Virus record (IMG/VR): IMGVR_UViG_3300045996_001090
Coordinates: 1-47,504 of that record
Length of the DNA: 47,504 nucleotides
DNA from: a virus
Strand: one strand, 5' to 3'
Both the position numbers and the translations under genes were made by a program. Numbering within the stretch: position 1 is the first letter of the stretch; each line of letters opens with the position of its first letter. Positions 1 to 8,646 of this stretch are shown here, in pieces. The notes under the pieces were generated by a model. That model was not told the DNA's origin. It made no database searches and saw only the letters and a program-made list of their open reading frames with translations.

Positions 1-1
1 G

Positions 2-2251
2 CGCCTTGCAGCGCACCCTTATACACTATGGGCCAGCGGCGACTTCACCCCCGGTTCCGAGCGGCGCAACGCGTCGGGCAATCTCTACCGGCTCACGACG
101 CGCCCGGTCGGCGGCGTCGGCACGCTCACAAATTCGGTCCAGCCGACGCACCTGAGCGGCGAGACGGTCGGCGCGGACGGCTTCGGTTGGACGTTTATAG
201 CGCAGTCGACGCGCTATTTCCGCTCGGCCGATCGGTACACGTCGGCCGAAGTGTGGGACACGACTAACGGCGGCTATTGGAGTCTCGTCCCGACTGGCGG
301 TGTTGTCCGCATTGAACAACTCGGCGGCGTCGCCGACTGGAACGGCTCAACCGGGACGGACAATTACACCGCCATCATGGCGGCAGTTAACTGGATCATG
401 TTTGATCCGGCCGCCAACACTGCCCAAGAGATAGCGCCGATCCTTGAGCTAGGGTACGGCAAGTACAAGGTTGGGCAAACGGTTCACGTTACAAACGTCG
501 TCAACATCCGCGGCAAGGTCGGGCATCTGCCCGATCCGTTTGGCCTAGGCGGCGCTACGCAATTACACTTCACGAACACGAGCGGTTCGATGTTCGTGTT
601 CTATGGCAACAACGCCGGTAACGGTGGAGAAACCGGCGGACCATGGGGGGCGGGGCAGAACACTGGCGCGGCCTCAAGCTCGCGCATTGCTGACTTCACC
701 TGCCACAATTCGTCCGGCGTCACGACGCGCGACCTAACCCGCCACGGAATCAATTACCGCTGCGCTATGACAGCCGAGCGGATTGGCGTTTACAGCACGG
801 CCGGGCATGGGCATTACATTCATGGACAGGCGGGGCATGGCGGCGAGCACGAAGGGAACTGCAACGGCTGGGAGCTAATAAGCTGCTTCGGGCATGAATG
901 CCGTGGTCACTTTCTTAAGATCGAAGGGGCGGACGCCAACGGCGGGACCTCTTGGAAGTTCACGACGCACGGCACAGTCGGGCTTGGCGGCTGCGGTATC
1001 TACGAGGGGCCGACTCTCGGGAACACCCACATTCAGCCGCAGATAACCGGCTACGGCAACATGGGGGTCAGTCACCTTAGTAAGCAGTACCAATATCTCG
1101 GCGGCGACTCGACAACCACGCCCGGCACTAACGATCTGATTTGGCATTACATTCGCGACGGTGGCGTTACGTCCAGCTTCCCCGCGTGGAACTCGGCTAA
1201 CGACTACTCGCTATTCACGCTACCCATCCTCTGTCTAAGCTCTCAGACGCGGATTGTCGGCCCCTACGTTGAGGGCGGCAACGTCAATTCGCATAGCCTA
1301 GGAATTGTGGATGGCGGTGTGGCGCCGTTTACGCGCTACACACCGGGGCCGAACACAAGCCAAAGCGTTGCCTACGGTGCTGTCACATGCGGCACAGGAT
1401 TTGGTTCTTTCTACACATTCGCAGACCAGACAGGGGTCGCGAACACTCAGAACGGCAGTTCTACCTGGACCCGGTTTGGTGGCTCCCACATAACCGCTCA
1501 GTTTGACACTGGCGGCGGAGCTGCGTTCCTTACCTACCTGCGGCAAACTGACGGCGATAGCTCCCATTATTGGGGCTATGCCTACCCCGACATAGTTCAC
1601 ATTAATCAGTCCGGCCGGTATTGGTGGGTTCAAACCACATCAGAGACGACCGAGGAGTTTGGGCGGGGGAGCGCCCAGCCTAATTATCTCCGCTTCAACG
1701 CATTCGGTATCGGCGGGCAGGATAATGCCGACCAGGCGCGCATCATTGGCTATCACAACGGGAAGCCGTCGTCGGGCGTTCATGCGCTCGGCGAGGTCTG
1801 GTTTCAGACTAACCCGACCGGCCACGGCGCGGCCGCCTATGTGTGCAAGACGACAGGCACGCCGGGCAGCTACTGCACAATTCCAGTGTTCGGGCTCTCA
1901 TCCATAGAGCCTCAGAACGATGGCGACTGCGTGCTCGAAAATACGAGCAACACACAGCTCAAACTAAAATACCAAGGCTCGGACAGCACCGACAGGCAAA
2001 TTGACTTCGGGCTAAGCACAACGGGCGAGGTCGCATCGCGGCCCGCTACGGCTCCCGCTGCTGGCGGGACGCTGTTCTACCGCGCGGGATCAACAGCGGC
2101 GCTCGGCATCTATTTCGGCTCGGGTGCGCCAACGGCATCGGCGGCGCAAGGCTCACTCTACATGCGGACCGATGGCTCGTCCACGTCAACGCGGGCTTAC
2201 GTCAACACGGACGGCGGCACGACTTGGACTGCCGTAACGACGGCGGCGTAG
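2..2251 (+). CDS. Tailspike/tail fibre, C-terminal 749 codons, cut by the window edge (duplicate of 44236-46485)
   Basis: In frame with the full-length gene 44017-46485 after subtracting 44,234. Not a pseudogene, just the repeat copy. Confidence 0.8.
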   Translation, partial: RLAAHPYTLWASGDFTPGSERRNASGNLYRLTTRPVGGVGTLTNSVQPTHLSGETVGADGFGWTFIAQSTRYFRSADRYTSAEVWDTTNGGYWSLVPTGGVVRIEQLGGVADWNGSTGTDNYTAIMAAVNWIMFDPAANTAQEIAPILELGYGKYKVGQTVHVTNVVNIRGKVGHLPDPFGLGGATQLHFTNTSGSMFVFYGNNAGNGGETGGPWGAGQNTGAASSSRIADFTCHNSSGVTTRDLTRHGINYRCAMTAERIGVYSTAGHGHYIHGQAGHGGEHEGNCNGWELISCFGHECRGHFLKIEGADANGGTSWKFTTHGTVGLGGCGIYEGPTLGNTHIQPQITGYGNMGVSHLSKQYQYLGGDSTTTPGTNDLIWHYIRDGGVTSSFPAWNSANDYSLFTLPILCLSSQTRIVGPYVEGGNVNSHSLGIVDGGVAPFTRYTPGPNTSQSVAYGAVTCGTGFGSFYTFADQTGVANTQNGSSTWTRFGGSHITAQFDTGGGAAFLTYLRQTDGDSSHYWGYAYPDIVHINQSGRYWWVQTTSETTEEFGRGSAQPNYLRFNAFGIGGQDNADQARIIGYHNGKPSSGVHALGEVWFQTNPTGHGAAAYVCKTTGTPGSYCTIPVFGLSSIEPQNDGDCVLENTSNTQLKLKYQGSDSTDRQIDFGLSTTGEVASRPATAPAAGGTLFYRAGSTAALGIYFGSGAPTASAAQGSLYMRTDGSSTSTRAYVNTDGGTTWTAVTTAA

Positions 2252-2252
2252 C

Positions 2253-2591
2253 GTGGCCTTTCAACAGGTCGGCTTTCAGTCGAGCGGCTTTCAGGACGTC
2301 GGGCTCGGCCCTGGCGCAACCGTCATCCCGCCCCGCACTGGCGGCGGCTATCCCGATTGGTGGGAGGACGATGATCGGCCTTTCGACGCGTTCCCAAAGC
2401 GCAAGCGCAAGCCTGAGACAGAGCTCTCGGACCCGCGGGCTTCGATCGTCGACATCTACATGGATTTGACGGCGCCCGCGCCTCGGGCTGGGCCTGCGCC
2501 TCGTCCGAAGATCACGCCATACAGCAAGCGCGCGGCCGATCGGTTCTCGGCCGAGCTCGCGGCGTACATGCAAAAACTGAGGGGCTTCTGA
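2253..2591 (+). CDS. Hypothetical virion-associated protein, 112 aa
   Basis: GTG start 2 nt after the tailspike stop. N-terminus FQQVGFQSSGFQDVG (aromatic/Gly repeats). High third-position GC. Confidence 0.55.
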   Translation: MAFQQVGFQSSGFQDVGLGPGATVIPPRTGGGYPDWWEDDDRPFDAFPKRKRKPETELSDPRASIVDIYMDLTAPAPRAGPAPRPKITPYSKRAADRFSAELAAYMQKLRGF

Positions 2592-2923
2592 TGGGGTTTG
2601 TCGGGGGAATTGTCGGCGGTCGCTTCTTTGAGGGCGACGAGTATTTCGCGGCTCGCGAGATCGAGCGGAAGCGGTCGGCGCTCGCCGCTCCGCGCATCAC
2701 GTCCGACTACATCGAGGGCGCGGGCTCCGCGGTTAAGTCGATGGTCGACGGCCGCATGTACGATTCGAAGTCGGCGCTGCGGCGTCACTACCGCGAGCGC
2801 GGCTACATCGAAGTAGGGAACGAGCGGCAAGAGCCGCCGCCAAAGCCAAAGCCGGATCGCAAGGCAATTCGCAACAGCGTGGGCTCGGCAATGGTCCGCG
2901 CTGGCATTTCAGTCGACGGCTAA
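2591..2923 (+). CDS. Hypothetical protein, 110 aa
   Basis: TGATG stop/start overlap with the upstream gene. N-terminus GGIVGGRFFEGDEYF. Lies directly upstream of the scaffold gene. Confidence 0.55.
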   Translation: MGFVGGIVGGRFFEGDEYFAAREIERKRSALAAPRITSDYIEGAGSAVKSMVDGRMYDSKSALRRHYRERGYIEVGNERQEPPPKPKPDRKAIRNSVGSAMVRAGISVDG

Positions 2924-2938
2924 ACCAAGGAAAAGTTC

Positions 2939-4033
2939 ATGGATGATCTGGCGAACGGCGCCTCAAACGCGCCGGACGAAGGCATTTCCACGTCTGAGGC
3001 CGAAAGCTCGGCCCCGGCTCCCTCCGCTCGTGAGGCGCTCGAACGGGCGTTTTCCTCGGTTTCCGAGGCTTCCCCGCCGGCCGATCGCGGCGACGGTCGC
3101 GACACAATCGGCCGGTTCGCCGGAAAGGCGGCGGCCGAGGCTCCTAAGGTCGACGCTGCGGCCCCTCCGGCTGCGCCTGACGCGCAAAAGCCGGCCGAGG
3201 CGGCTCCTGCTGCTCCGACGCCTGGCGGGCCTCCTAGCCGCTTTACAAAGGCCGCGGCCGAGGCGTGGGGCACCGTCCCGGAAGTGGTCCGGGGCGAGGT
3301 CGCCCGGCTCGAGGCCGAGCTCACAAGCGGCCTGAAGCAGTACCAGGAGCGGTTCGAGCCGATTAAGCGCTTCGACGAAATGGCGCGTCAGAGCGGAACG
3401 TCGCTCGACAAGGCGCTCGAGCGCTACGTCAGCCTCGAGAACGTGCTCCGGCAGGACCCGGTGACTGGCGTTCTCCACGTTTTCCAGAATCTCGGGGTGA
3501 AGGACCCTGCAATGGCGCTGAACGCGATTGCGGCGCGCCTCGGGCTCGGACAGTTGTCGGGCGCACAGGCGCCGGCCGAAGGCGGCCAGGCGGACCCGCG
3601 CGACGCGACCATCCGGCAGCTACAGCAACAGATTCAGCAACTCGGCGGCCACGTCCAGCACGTCGGCCGCACCATCGCCGAGCAGCAGGCGGAAGCGGCT
3701 AAGCGCCAGATTTACGGCGAGGTCGACTCCTTCGCGGCTGCGCATCCTCGCTTCGATGAGCTCGCCGAGCACATCTCCGAAATGATTGAAACCGGGTACG
3801 CCAAAGGGCGGACTCAGGCTGAGAAATTGGCCGATGCTTACGCCAAGGCGGACCGGTTAAACCCGGCCACAGCGGCGCCAGCGTCGACCGCTCCCGCGGC
3901 GCCTCAAACGCGCAAGGCGGGCCTTACAATTACCGGCTCTCCAACCACTAGCGGCTCAAACCCGTCGACGGCTCGGACCGGTTCCACGCGCGACGCGCTT
4001 CGCGGCGCATTCGCGCAAGTCGGCCTCTCGTGA
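2939..4033 (+). CDS. Scaffolding (capsid assembly) protein, 364 aa
   Basis: SD-like AAGGAAAAG before the ATG. Ala/Pro/Glu-rich disordered N-half and helical, Q-rich C-half. Lies immediately upstream of the major capsid gene. Confidence 0.6.
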   Translation: MDDLANGASNAPDEGISTSEAESSAPAPSAREALERAFSSVSEASPPADRGDGRDTIGRFAGKAAAEAPKVDAAAPPAAPDAQKPAEAAPAAPTPGGPPSRFTKAAAEAWGTVPEVVRGEVARLEAELTSGLKQYQERFEPIKRFDEMARQSGTSLDKALERYVSLENVLRQDPVTGVLHVFQNLGVKDPAMALNAIAARLGLGQLSGAQAPAEGGQADPRDATIRQLQQQIQQLGGHVQHVGRTIAEQQAEAAKRQIYGEVDSFAAAHPRFDELAEHISEMIETGYAKGRTQAEKLADAYAKADRLNPATAAPASTAPAAPQTRKAGLTITGSPTTSGSNPSTARTGSTRDALRGAFAQVGLS

Positions 4034-4062
4034 GGCCTTCCGAAAACAGGAACCTCTGACCA

Positions 4063-5058
4063 ATGGCTCAGATTGTTAGCACCGAAAAGCTGCAGGAGGC
4101 TTTCTCGCTCGCCCTCGAGGACCGCTCGGCGGGCTACGCAGACCTTGTGTCGAACAGCAACGCAATTCTCGCGCTGCTCAAGCAGAAGGGCGGCTTCAAG
4201 ACCTTCAGCGGCCCCACCATCCGTGAGCGGCTCCTCTACGCCGAGTCCGGCACCTATACCCGCTACAGCGGGTACGGCTTCCTCAACCCGGCCCCCGCGG
4301 ACCTGTTCTCGGATGCCGAGTTCACGCCAAAGCTGGCGGCCGTGTCCGTCACGCTCTCGGGCGAGGACATCCTCAAGAACAGTGGCCCGAATCAGCTCCT
4401 CGACATCATGGAGGAGCACATCAGCGCCGCCGAGACGGAGCTACAGGACCGCTTCGTCGAGGATCTGCACAGCGCCGGAACCGAAACGAACCAGATCGGC
4501 GGCTTGCAGCTTGCCGTGCCGACCACTGAGGACAGCGGAACCTACGGCGGAATCGACCGCTCGGCCGTCGCCCTGTGGCGCACCGGTTCGTATGACTCGA
4601 GCTCGGACTTTTCGACCACGCTTTCCGCGACCACGATCCACGACGTGTACACGCGCGTCCTGATCGCACACTCGCGCGGTAAGAAGGGTCCGAACCTGAT
4701 CGCCGCGGACGCCAATCACTACCGCATGTTCCAGGCGGCGCTCGTCGCCATCCAGCGCGTGACCAAGGAAGGCAAGCTCGCCGAGCTCGGCTTCCCGTCC
4801 ATCGCGTTCGCTGGTGCGGGCTATAACCTCGACGTCGTGCTCGAGGGCGGAATCGGCTCGGCCATGCCGGCGTCGACGTCCTACTTCCTCAAGGTCGGCG
4901 ATGACGGCCTGCGCTTCCGGTATCACCCGGACCGCAACTTCGTCGCCTTCGGCGGGAAGCAGCGCCCCGTCAACCAGGATGCCGTTGTCCAGCACATCGG
5001 ATTCTTCGGCAACCTCACGATGGCGAACCCGCTCCACCAGGCGAAGCTCATCGACTGA
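4063..5058 (+). CDS. Major capsid protein, 331 aa (HK97-fold, T7/BPP-1-type by eye)
   Basis: Size and position after the scaffold. The motif run (LLYAESGTYTRYSGYGFL, TYGGIDRS, WR) is typical of podovirus capsid proteins. A strong hairpin follows. Confidence 0.75.
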   Translation: MAQIVSTEKLQEAFSLALEDRSAGYADLVSNSNAILALLKQKGGFKTFSGPTIRERLLYAESGTYTRYSGYGFLNPAPADLFSDAEFTPKLAAVSVTLSGEDILKNSGPNQLLDIMEEHISAAETELQDRFVEDLHSAGTETNQIGGLQLAVPTTEDSGTYGGIDRSAVALWRTGSYDSSSDFSTTLSATTIHDVYTRVLIAHSRGKKGPNLIAADANHYRMFQAALVAIQRVTKEGKLAELGFPSIAFAGAGYNLDVVLEGGIGSAMPASTSYFLKVGDDGLRFRYHPDRNFVAFGGKQRPVNQDAVVQHIGFFGNLTMANPLHQAKLID

Positions 5059-5071
5059 TTCCTGACGATCT

Positions 5072-5093
5072 GACGGGCGCTTCGGCGCCCGTC
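5072..5093 (+). terminator. Perfect 9-bp stem / TTCG tetraloop hairpin after the capsid gene (attenuator or mRNA-stabilising element)
   Basis: GACGGGCGC-TTCG-GCGCCCGTC. The T-run starts only about 10 nt downstream, so this is not a canonical intrinsic terminator. Confidence 0.5.
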
Positions 5094-5175
5094 CCCTCAT
5101 GTCGATTTTTCCGACCATACCGAATGGGCGAGAAAATCGACACGCCCCCTGAACACTTCGAAAGGATGGCCGCTC

Positions 5176-5673
5176 ATGGCCTATGTCATCAACGAAAACC
5201 GTCTCGGTCAGCCGCTCATCACGGCGTCTGACGATTCGGCAAAAGTGCCTGTCGGCACCATCGTTCGCGCCAACGACCCGACTTACGGCGCCGGTGAGTT
5301 CATCTACCTCAAGGGCGTCGCCTCGACGGCGGTTGGCTCGATCGTGACCTATAACGTCACGACGCACCAGACCACGCTTTGCGCGGTCGGCGGCAATATC
5401 TCGATGCCGGTCGCCATCGCTATGTCGGCGAACGTCGCCGACAAGTTCGGCTGGTATCAGATCTCCGGCGTCGCCGTTGCCAAGAAGACCTGCACCGTGT
5501 CGCTCGCCGCCGCTGCCGCGGTCGGCGTTCTGACTACGGGTCTGGTTGCCGCTACGGGCTCGGGCAAGGAAATTCACGGCGCTCAGGTCGCTGCCGTCGC
5601 TTCGGCGACTGCCGGCCGCACGACCGTGCAGATCCTTATCAACCGTCCCCGTAAGCAGGGCCGCGTTACGTAA
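5176..5673 (+). CDS. Capsid decoration/cement-like protein, 165 aa
   Basis: SD AAAGGA upstream. Ala/Gly/Val-rich beta-type sequence directly after the capsid gene. Followed by a terminator. Confidence 0.45.
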   Translation: MAYVINENRLGQPLITASDDSAKVPVGTIVRANDPTYGAGEFIYLKGVASTAVGSIVTYNVTTHQTTLCAVGGNISMPVAIAMSANVADKFGWYQISGVAVAKKTCTVSLAAAAAVGVLTTGLVAATGSGKEIHGAQVAAVASATAGRTTVQILINRPRKQGRVT

Positions 5674-5688
5674 AGGACGAACTATCGG

Positions 5689-5719
5689 CGGGGAGCTCCG
5701 GCTCCCCGCTTCCTCTTTT
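5689..5719 (+). terminator. Rho-independent terminator after the capsid/decoration genes
   Basis: CGGGGAGC-TCCG-GCTCCCCG stem-loop followed by the T-rich tract CTTCCTCTTTT. Confidence 0.65.
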
Positions 5720-5731
5720 GCATGGTGATTG

Positions 5732-7111
5732 ATGCAGCTTCCATACAGCAATCTGCAACTGAAACACCAGAACCCCGGCGCGGCAATGCCGCTGATTTTG
5801 CCGGTCCACGTCATCTGCAATACGTCGGATGACGATATCCACGACAACATTCGCATCAATTCCCGGCGCCCTGGGGAGTGGCTGAAAACGGCTCCCGCAC
5901 ATGATGGCGTCGCGATTTTGTGCGGCTCGGGGCCAAGCCTCGCCGACACGCTGCCTGAGATACGGGCGGCGGTCGCGGCCGGCGGCACGCTGTTCGCCAT
6001 GAACGGCGCGGCGCGGTTCCTCGGCGAGCATCACGGGCTGCTGCCCGATTACCAGGTGATTATCGACGCGCGCGAGCAAACGGCCGATCTTGTCGCTCCG
6101 GCCAAGGCGCATCTGTTCGCCTCTCAGGTTCACCCGGAGTGCTTCCGGCGAGCGCCTGGCGCGCGCCTCTGGCATTTGCAGATTGGCACCATCGACGAGG
6201 TGCTTCCCGATTACGAGGACGACTATTGCATGATCGGCGGCGCGGCCTCGGTCGGCAATACCGCAACCTGCCTCGCTTTCGCGATGGGGTTTCGGAACCT
6301 CCAAATCTACGGCTTTGACTCAAGCCATCGCGACGGCCGCGGCCATGCCTTCGCGCAGCCGATGAACGACGGGGATCCCTGCGCCGTCGTCACCTTCAAC
6401 GGCCGCGAATACACGGCCTCACTCACGATGAAGCTGCAGGCCGAGAAGTTCCAGGAAACCGCGCGGGCGCTCGTCGATGCGGGCTGCGTCGTCGAGGTTC
6501 ACGGCTCCGGGCTCCTCCCGGATATGTGGAACGCGCCGGCCGAGGCTCTGAGCGAAGTCGCCAAATACGAGCGCATGTGGTCGCTCGATGCCTATCGCCG
6601 ATTCGCGCCGGGCGAGGACAGCGCCGAGCTATTCCTCGAAACGGTGAAGCCTGACGGGCTGGTGATCGATTTCGGCTGCGGCACGGGCCGCGGCGGCCTG
6701 GCGATCGCGAAAGCGGGCCTGCCGGTCGTTCTCGTCGATTTCGCGCGGAACTGCAGGGACGAGGCGGCGCGAGCGCTCCCGTTCGTGCAGCTCGATCTAT
6801 CCGAGCCAATGCCGCTCCGTGCGCCTTACGGCTACTGCACGGACGTGATGGAGCATATCCCGCCGGCCCAGGTCGAGGCGGTGGTCCGCAACATCATGGC
6901 GTCGGCCGAGACGGTGTTTTTCCAGATCGCCACGGCGCCCGACATGCTCGGCGCGCTGATAAACCAGCGGCTCCACCTTACCGTCAAGCCGCTCGCGTGG
7001 TGGTGGGAGCTGTTCGGGCGCCTTGGCTACGCCGTCACTTGGACACGCGAAACGGCCGATTACGCAATCCTCGTTGTTACCTCTACCGCTCAAACCGAAG
7101 AGAAAGCCTAA
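5732..7111 (+). CDS. Fusion protein: DUF115/MptE-like (Maf-type) domain plus class I SAM-dependent methyltransferase, about 459 aa
   Basis: N-half carries AILCGSGPSL and LQIYGFDSSH, typical of DUF115/6-hydroxymethylpterin-diphosphokinase-MptE-like proteins. C-half carries VIDFGCGTGRGG (methyltransferase motif I). ATG 5732 is used here; TTG 5729 is an alternative. Confidence 0.7.
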   Translation: MQLPYSNLQLKHQNPGAAMPLILPVHVICNTSDDDIHDNIRINSRRPGEWLKTAPAHDGVAILCGSGPSLADTLPEIRAAVAAGGTLFAMNGAARFLGEHHGLLPDYQVIIDAREQTADLVAPAKAHLFASQVHPECFRRAPGARLWHLQIGTIDEVLPDYEDDYCMIGGAASVGNTATCLAFAMGFRNLQIYGFDSSHRDGRGHAFAQPMNDGDPCAVVTFNGREYTASLTMKLQAEKFQETARALVDAGCVVEVHGSGLLPDMWNAPAEALSEVAKYERMWSLDAYRRFAPGEDSAELFLETVKPDGLVIDFGCGTGRGGLAIAKAGLPVVLVDFARNCRDEAARALPFVQLDLSEPMPLRAPYGYCTDVMEHIPPAQVEAVVRNIMASAETVFFQIATAPDMLGALINQRLHLTVKPLAWWWELFGRLGYAVTWTRETADYAILVVTSTAQTEEKA

Positions 7112-7827
7112 TGTCAGATTCCCGCGATACTGCTCGCCCGCGCTTTTTCATGACCACGCGCGAGAACAAGGCCAAGTCGAAGGCGCAGGGGCGCCCGATC
7201 TTCGACGAGCGCGAAATGGTCGAGATCCGCATCCCGGGCGACAAGCTTGCGGTTTGGGTGGGCCGCGTCGAAGACGAGCATCGCAACCGCTGGCCAGAGC
7301 TTTACGCTGCTTTCAAGCGCGGCGAGGAGCGCGCCGCGTCCGGTACGCCTCTCGAGGAGTGGACGCACCCGCTTATGACGCGCTCGCGCGTCGCCGAGCT
7401 CAAGGCGCTGAACGTGCTCTCGGTCGAGGAGCTCGCCGCGGTGTCGGATAACGTGATCCCGAGCCTCGGCATGGGCGGGCGCGAGCTCCGCACCGCGGCC
7501 GCGCACTATCTCGCCAACGCCAAGGGCGACGCGACGGCCGAGCTAACGGACAAGATCGCGCGCCTCGAGGCGATGGTCGAACAGCTTACGGCGGCGGGCC
7601 GCCCCGCGGCGGCGGCTCCGGCTCCGGCTCCTGAGCCCGCCGAGGTCGAGAGTTGGGAAGGCTTTCTCGATGACGCCTCGGACGAAACGCTTAAGGCTTT
7701 CATTCGCGAAAGGACGGGCGAGGAGCTCAAGGCGTTTATTCGCGAAAAGACGGGCGAGGCACCCCGCGGGCGTATTTCCCGTGAAACGCTCGAGGCTCGC
7801 GCTGCAGAGCTGGCGGTCGCCGCATAA
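7111..7827 (+). CDS. Hypothetical protein, 238 aa, with an acidic repeat-containing C-terminus
   Basis: ATG 7111 overlaps the upstream stop (TAATG). The longer tracked ORF start (6997) lies inside the previous gene. Contains the tandem LKAFIRE(R/K)TGE repeat. Confidence 0.6.
   Translation: MSDSRDTARPRFFMTTRENKAKSKAQGRPIFDEREMVEIRIPGDKLAVWVGRVEDEHRNRWPELYAAFKRGEERAASGTPLEEWTHPLMTRSRVAELKALNVLSVEELAAVSDNVIPSLGMGGRELRTAAAHYLANAKGDATAELTDKIARLEAMVEQLTAAGRPAAAAPAPAPEPAEVESWEGFLDDASDETLKAFIRERTGEELKAFIREKTGEAPRGRISRETLEARAAELAVAA
7690..7761 (+). repeat. Tandem 2 x 36-bp in-frame duplication (about 30/36 identical)
   Basis: CTTAAGGCTTTCATTCGCGAAAGGACGGGCGAGGAG / CTCAAGGCGTTTATTCGCGAAAAGACGGGCGAGGCA, encoding LKAFIRERTGEE / LKAFIREKTGEA. 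Confidence 0.85.
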
Positions 7828-7828
7828 T

Positions 7829-7850
7829 GGGCGAGCCTCCTCGCCCTTTC
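7829..7850 (+). terminator. Rho-independent terminator
   Basis: GGGCGAG-CCTC-CTCGCCC followed by TTTCTCC, 2 nt after the stop at 7827. Confidence 0.6.
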
Positions 7851-7947
7851 TCCGAGGCTCACGCTTGGCGGATGATGGCGTTCCACGCCTCTGCCGGTCC
7901 GGCCGGTCTTGCGCTCGGGGCCGCTCTAGCTTGGTGGGTAGGTTGAA

Positions 7948-8646
7948 ATGACGATTCTTTCGGCCTGCCAGAGCGCGGCGGTCCGGCTGCTCGGCCGGCG
8001 GCCGGCGGCCATCCTATCGAGCGATGGGCAATTTGAGCTCGAACTCGGCGTCCTGGCGAACGAAACCGCCATTGCGATCGCCAAGGCGCACGATTGGCAG
8101 AAGCTGAAGGTGCTCCACACTATCAGCGGCGACGGCTCCGACACGTCGTTTGCGCTGCCTGCCGCCTATGATCGGATGCCGTTGAAGGCGGCCGTGTGGT
8201 CCACTGCGACTAGCACGCCTCTGACGCCGGCGCGCGATGACGATCAATGGCTAGATTTTCAGCTAACCTCGATCGTGGGCTCGCCGGGCTTCTGGCGCAT
8301 CCTCGGCGGGGAAATGCAAATCCTGCCGGCGATGAGCGCCAGCGAAACGGCGAAGTTTTACTACGTCAGCAATAAGCTGTGGATTGTCGATGGCGGCACG
8401 GTGGCAACGAAAACCGAGGCGACGGTCGACACTGATACTTGCGTGCTGCCTGAGCGGCTAATCGCGCTCGGCGTCATCTGGCGCTGGCTGCAGCTCAAGG
8501 GCAAGGAATACGGCGAGGCGCTCCGCAATTTCGAGCTCGCGTTCTCTGAGGAAGCCGGCCGCGACAAGGGCTCGCGCATCCTCGCCATTGGAACGCCTCG
8601 CATCGCCGGTGATGTCCAAGTCGCCTATCCGGGCGCGATTAGCTAA
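7948..8646 (+). CDS. Head-tail adaptor / tail tubular protein A-like, 232 aa
   Basis: Position directly upstream of, and translationally coupled (TAATG) to, the nozzle-like gene. Size class matches podovirus adaptors. No catalytic motifs. Confidence 0.45.
   Translation: MTILSACQSAAVRLLGRRPAAILSSDGQFELELGVLANETAIAIAKAHDWQKLKVLHTISGDGSDTSFALPAAYDRMPLKAAVWSTATSTPLTPARDDDQWLDFQLTSIVGSPGFWRILGGEMQILPAMSASETAKFYYVSNKLWIVDGGTVATKTEATVDTDTCVLPERLIALGVIWRWLQLKGKEYGEALRNFELAFSEEAGRDKGSRILAIGTPRIAGDVQVAYPGAIS

Larger units (their letters stand above)
1..3270. repeat. Left copy of a 3,270-bp terminal direct repeat (partner 44235-47504)
   Basis: Every tracked ORF between 26 and 3324 reappears with identical translation at offset +44,234. 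Nucleotide lines compared by eye at both repeat ends match. The repeat runs exactly to the window end. Confidence 0.95.

Noticed and set aside
1-3270. The 3.27-kb repeat as an insertion sequence, transposon or genuine gene duplication
   Set aside because: Both copies end exactly at the window ends. They carry ordinary structural genes that are cut mid-gene, and there are no transposase genes or inverted termini. It is genome closure or terminal redundancy.
4441-6000. 519-aa minus-strand ORF, the longest unannotated ORF in the track
   Set aside because: It runs antisense to the capsid, decoration and DUF115 genes. It is extremely Arg/Gly/Ala/Asp-rich with no motifs. It crosses two plus-strand terminators and an intergenic gap. 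This is the typical open mirror frame of a high-GC genome.
6997-7110. N-terminal extension of the 7111-7827 gene (276-aa tracked ORF)
   Set aside because: The extension lies inside the C-terminus of the DUF115-methyltransferase gene. The TAATG junction at 7109-7113 gives a clean coupled start.
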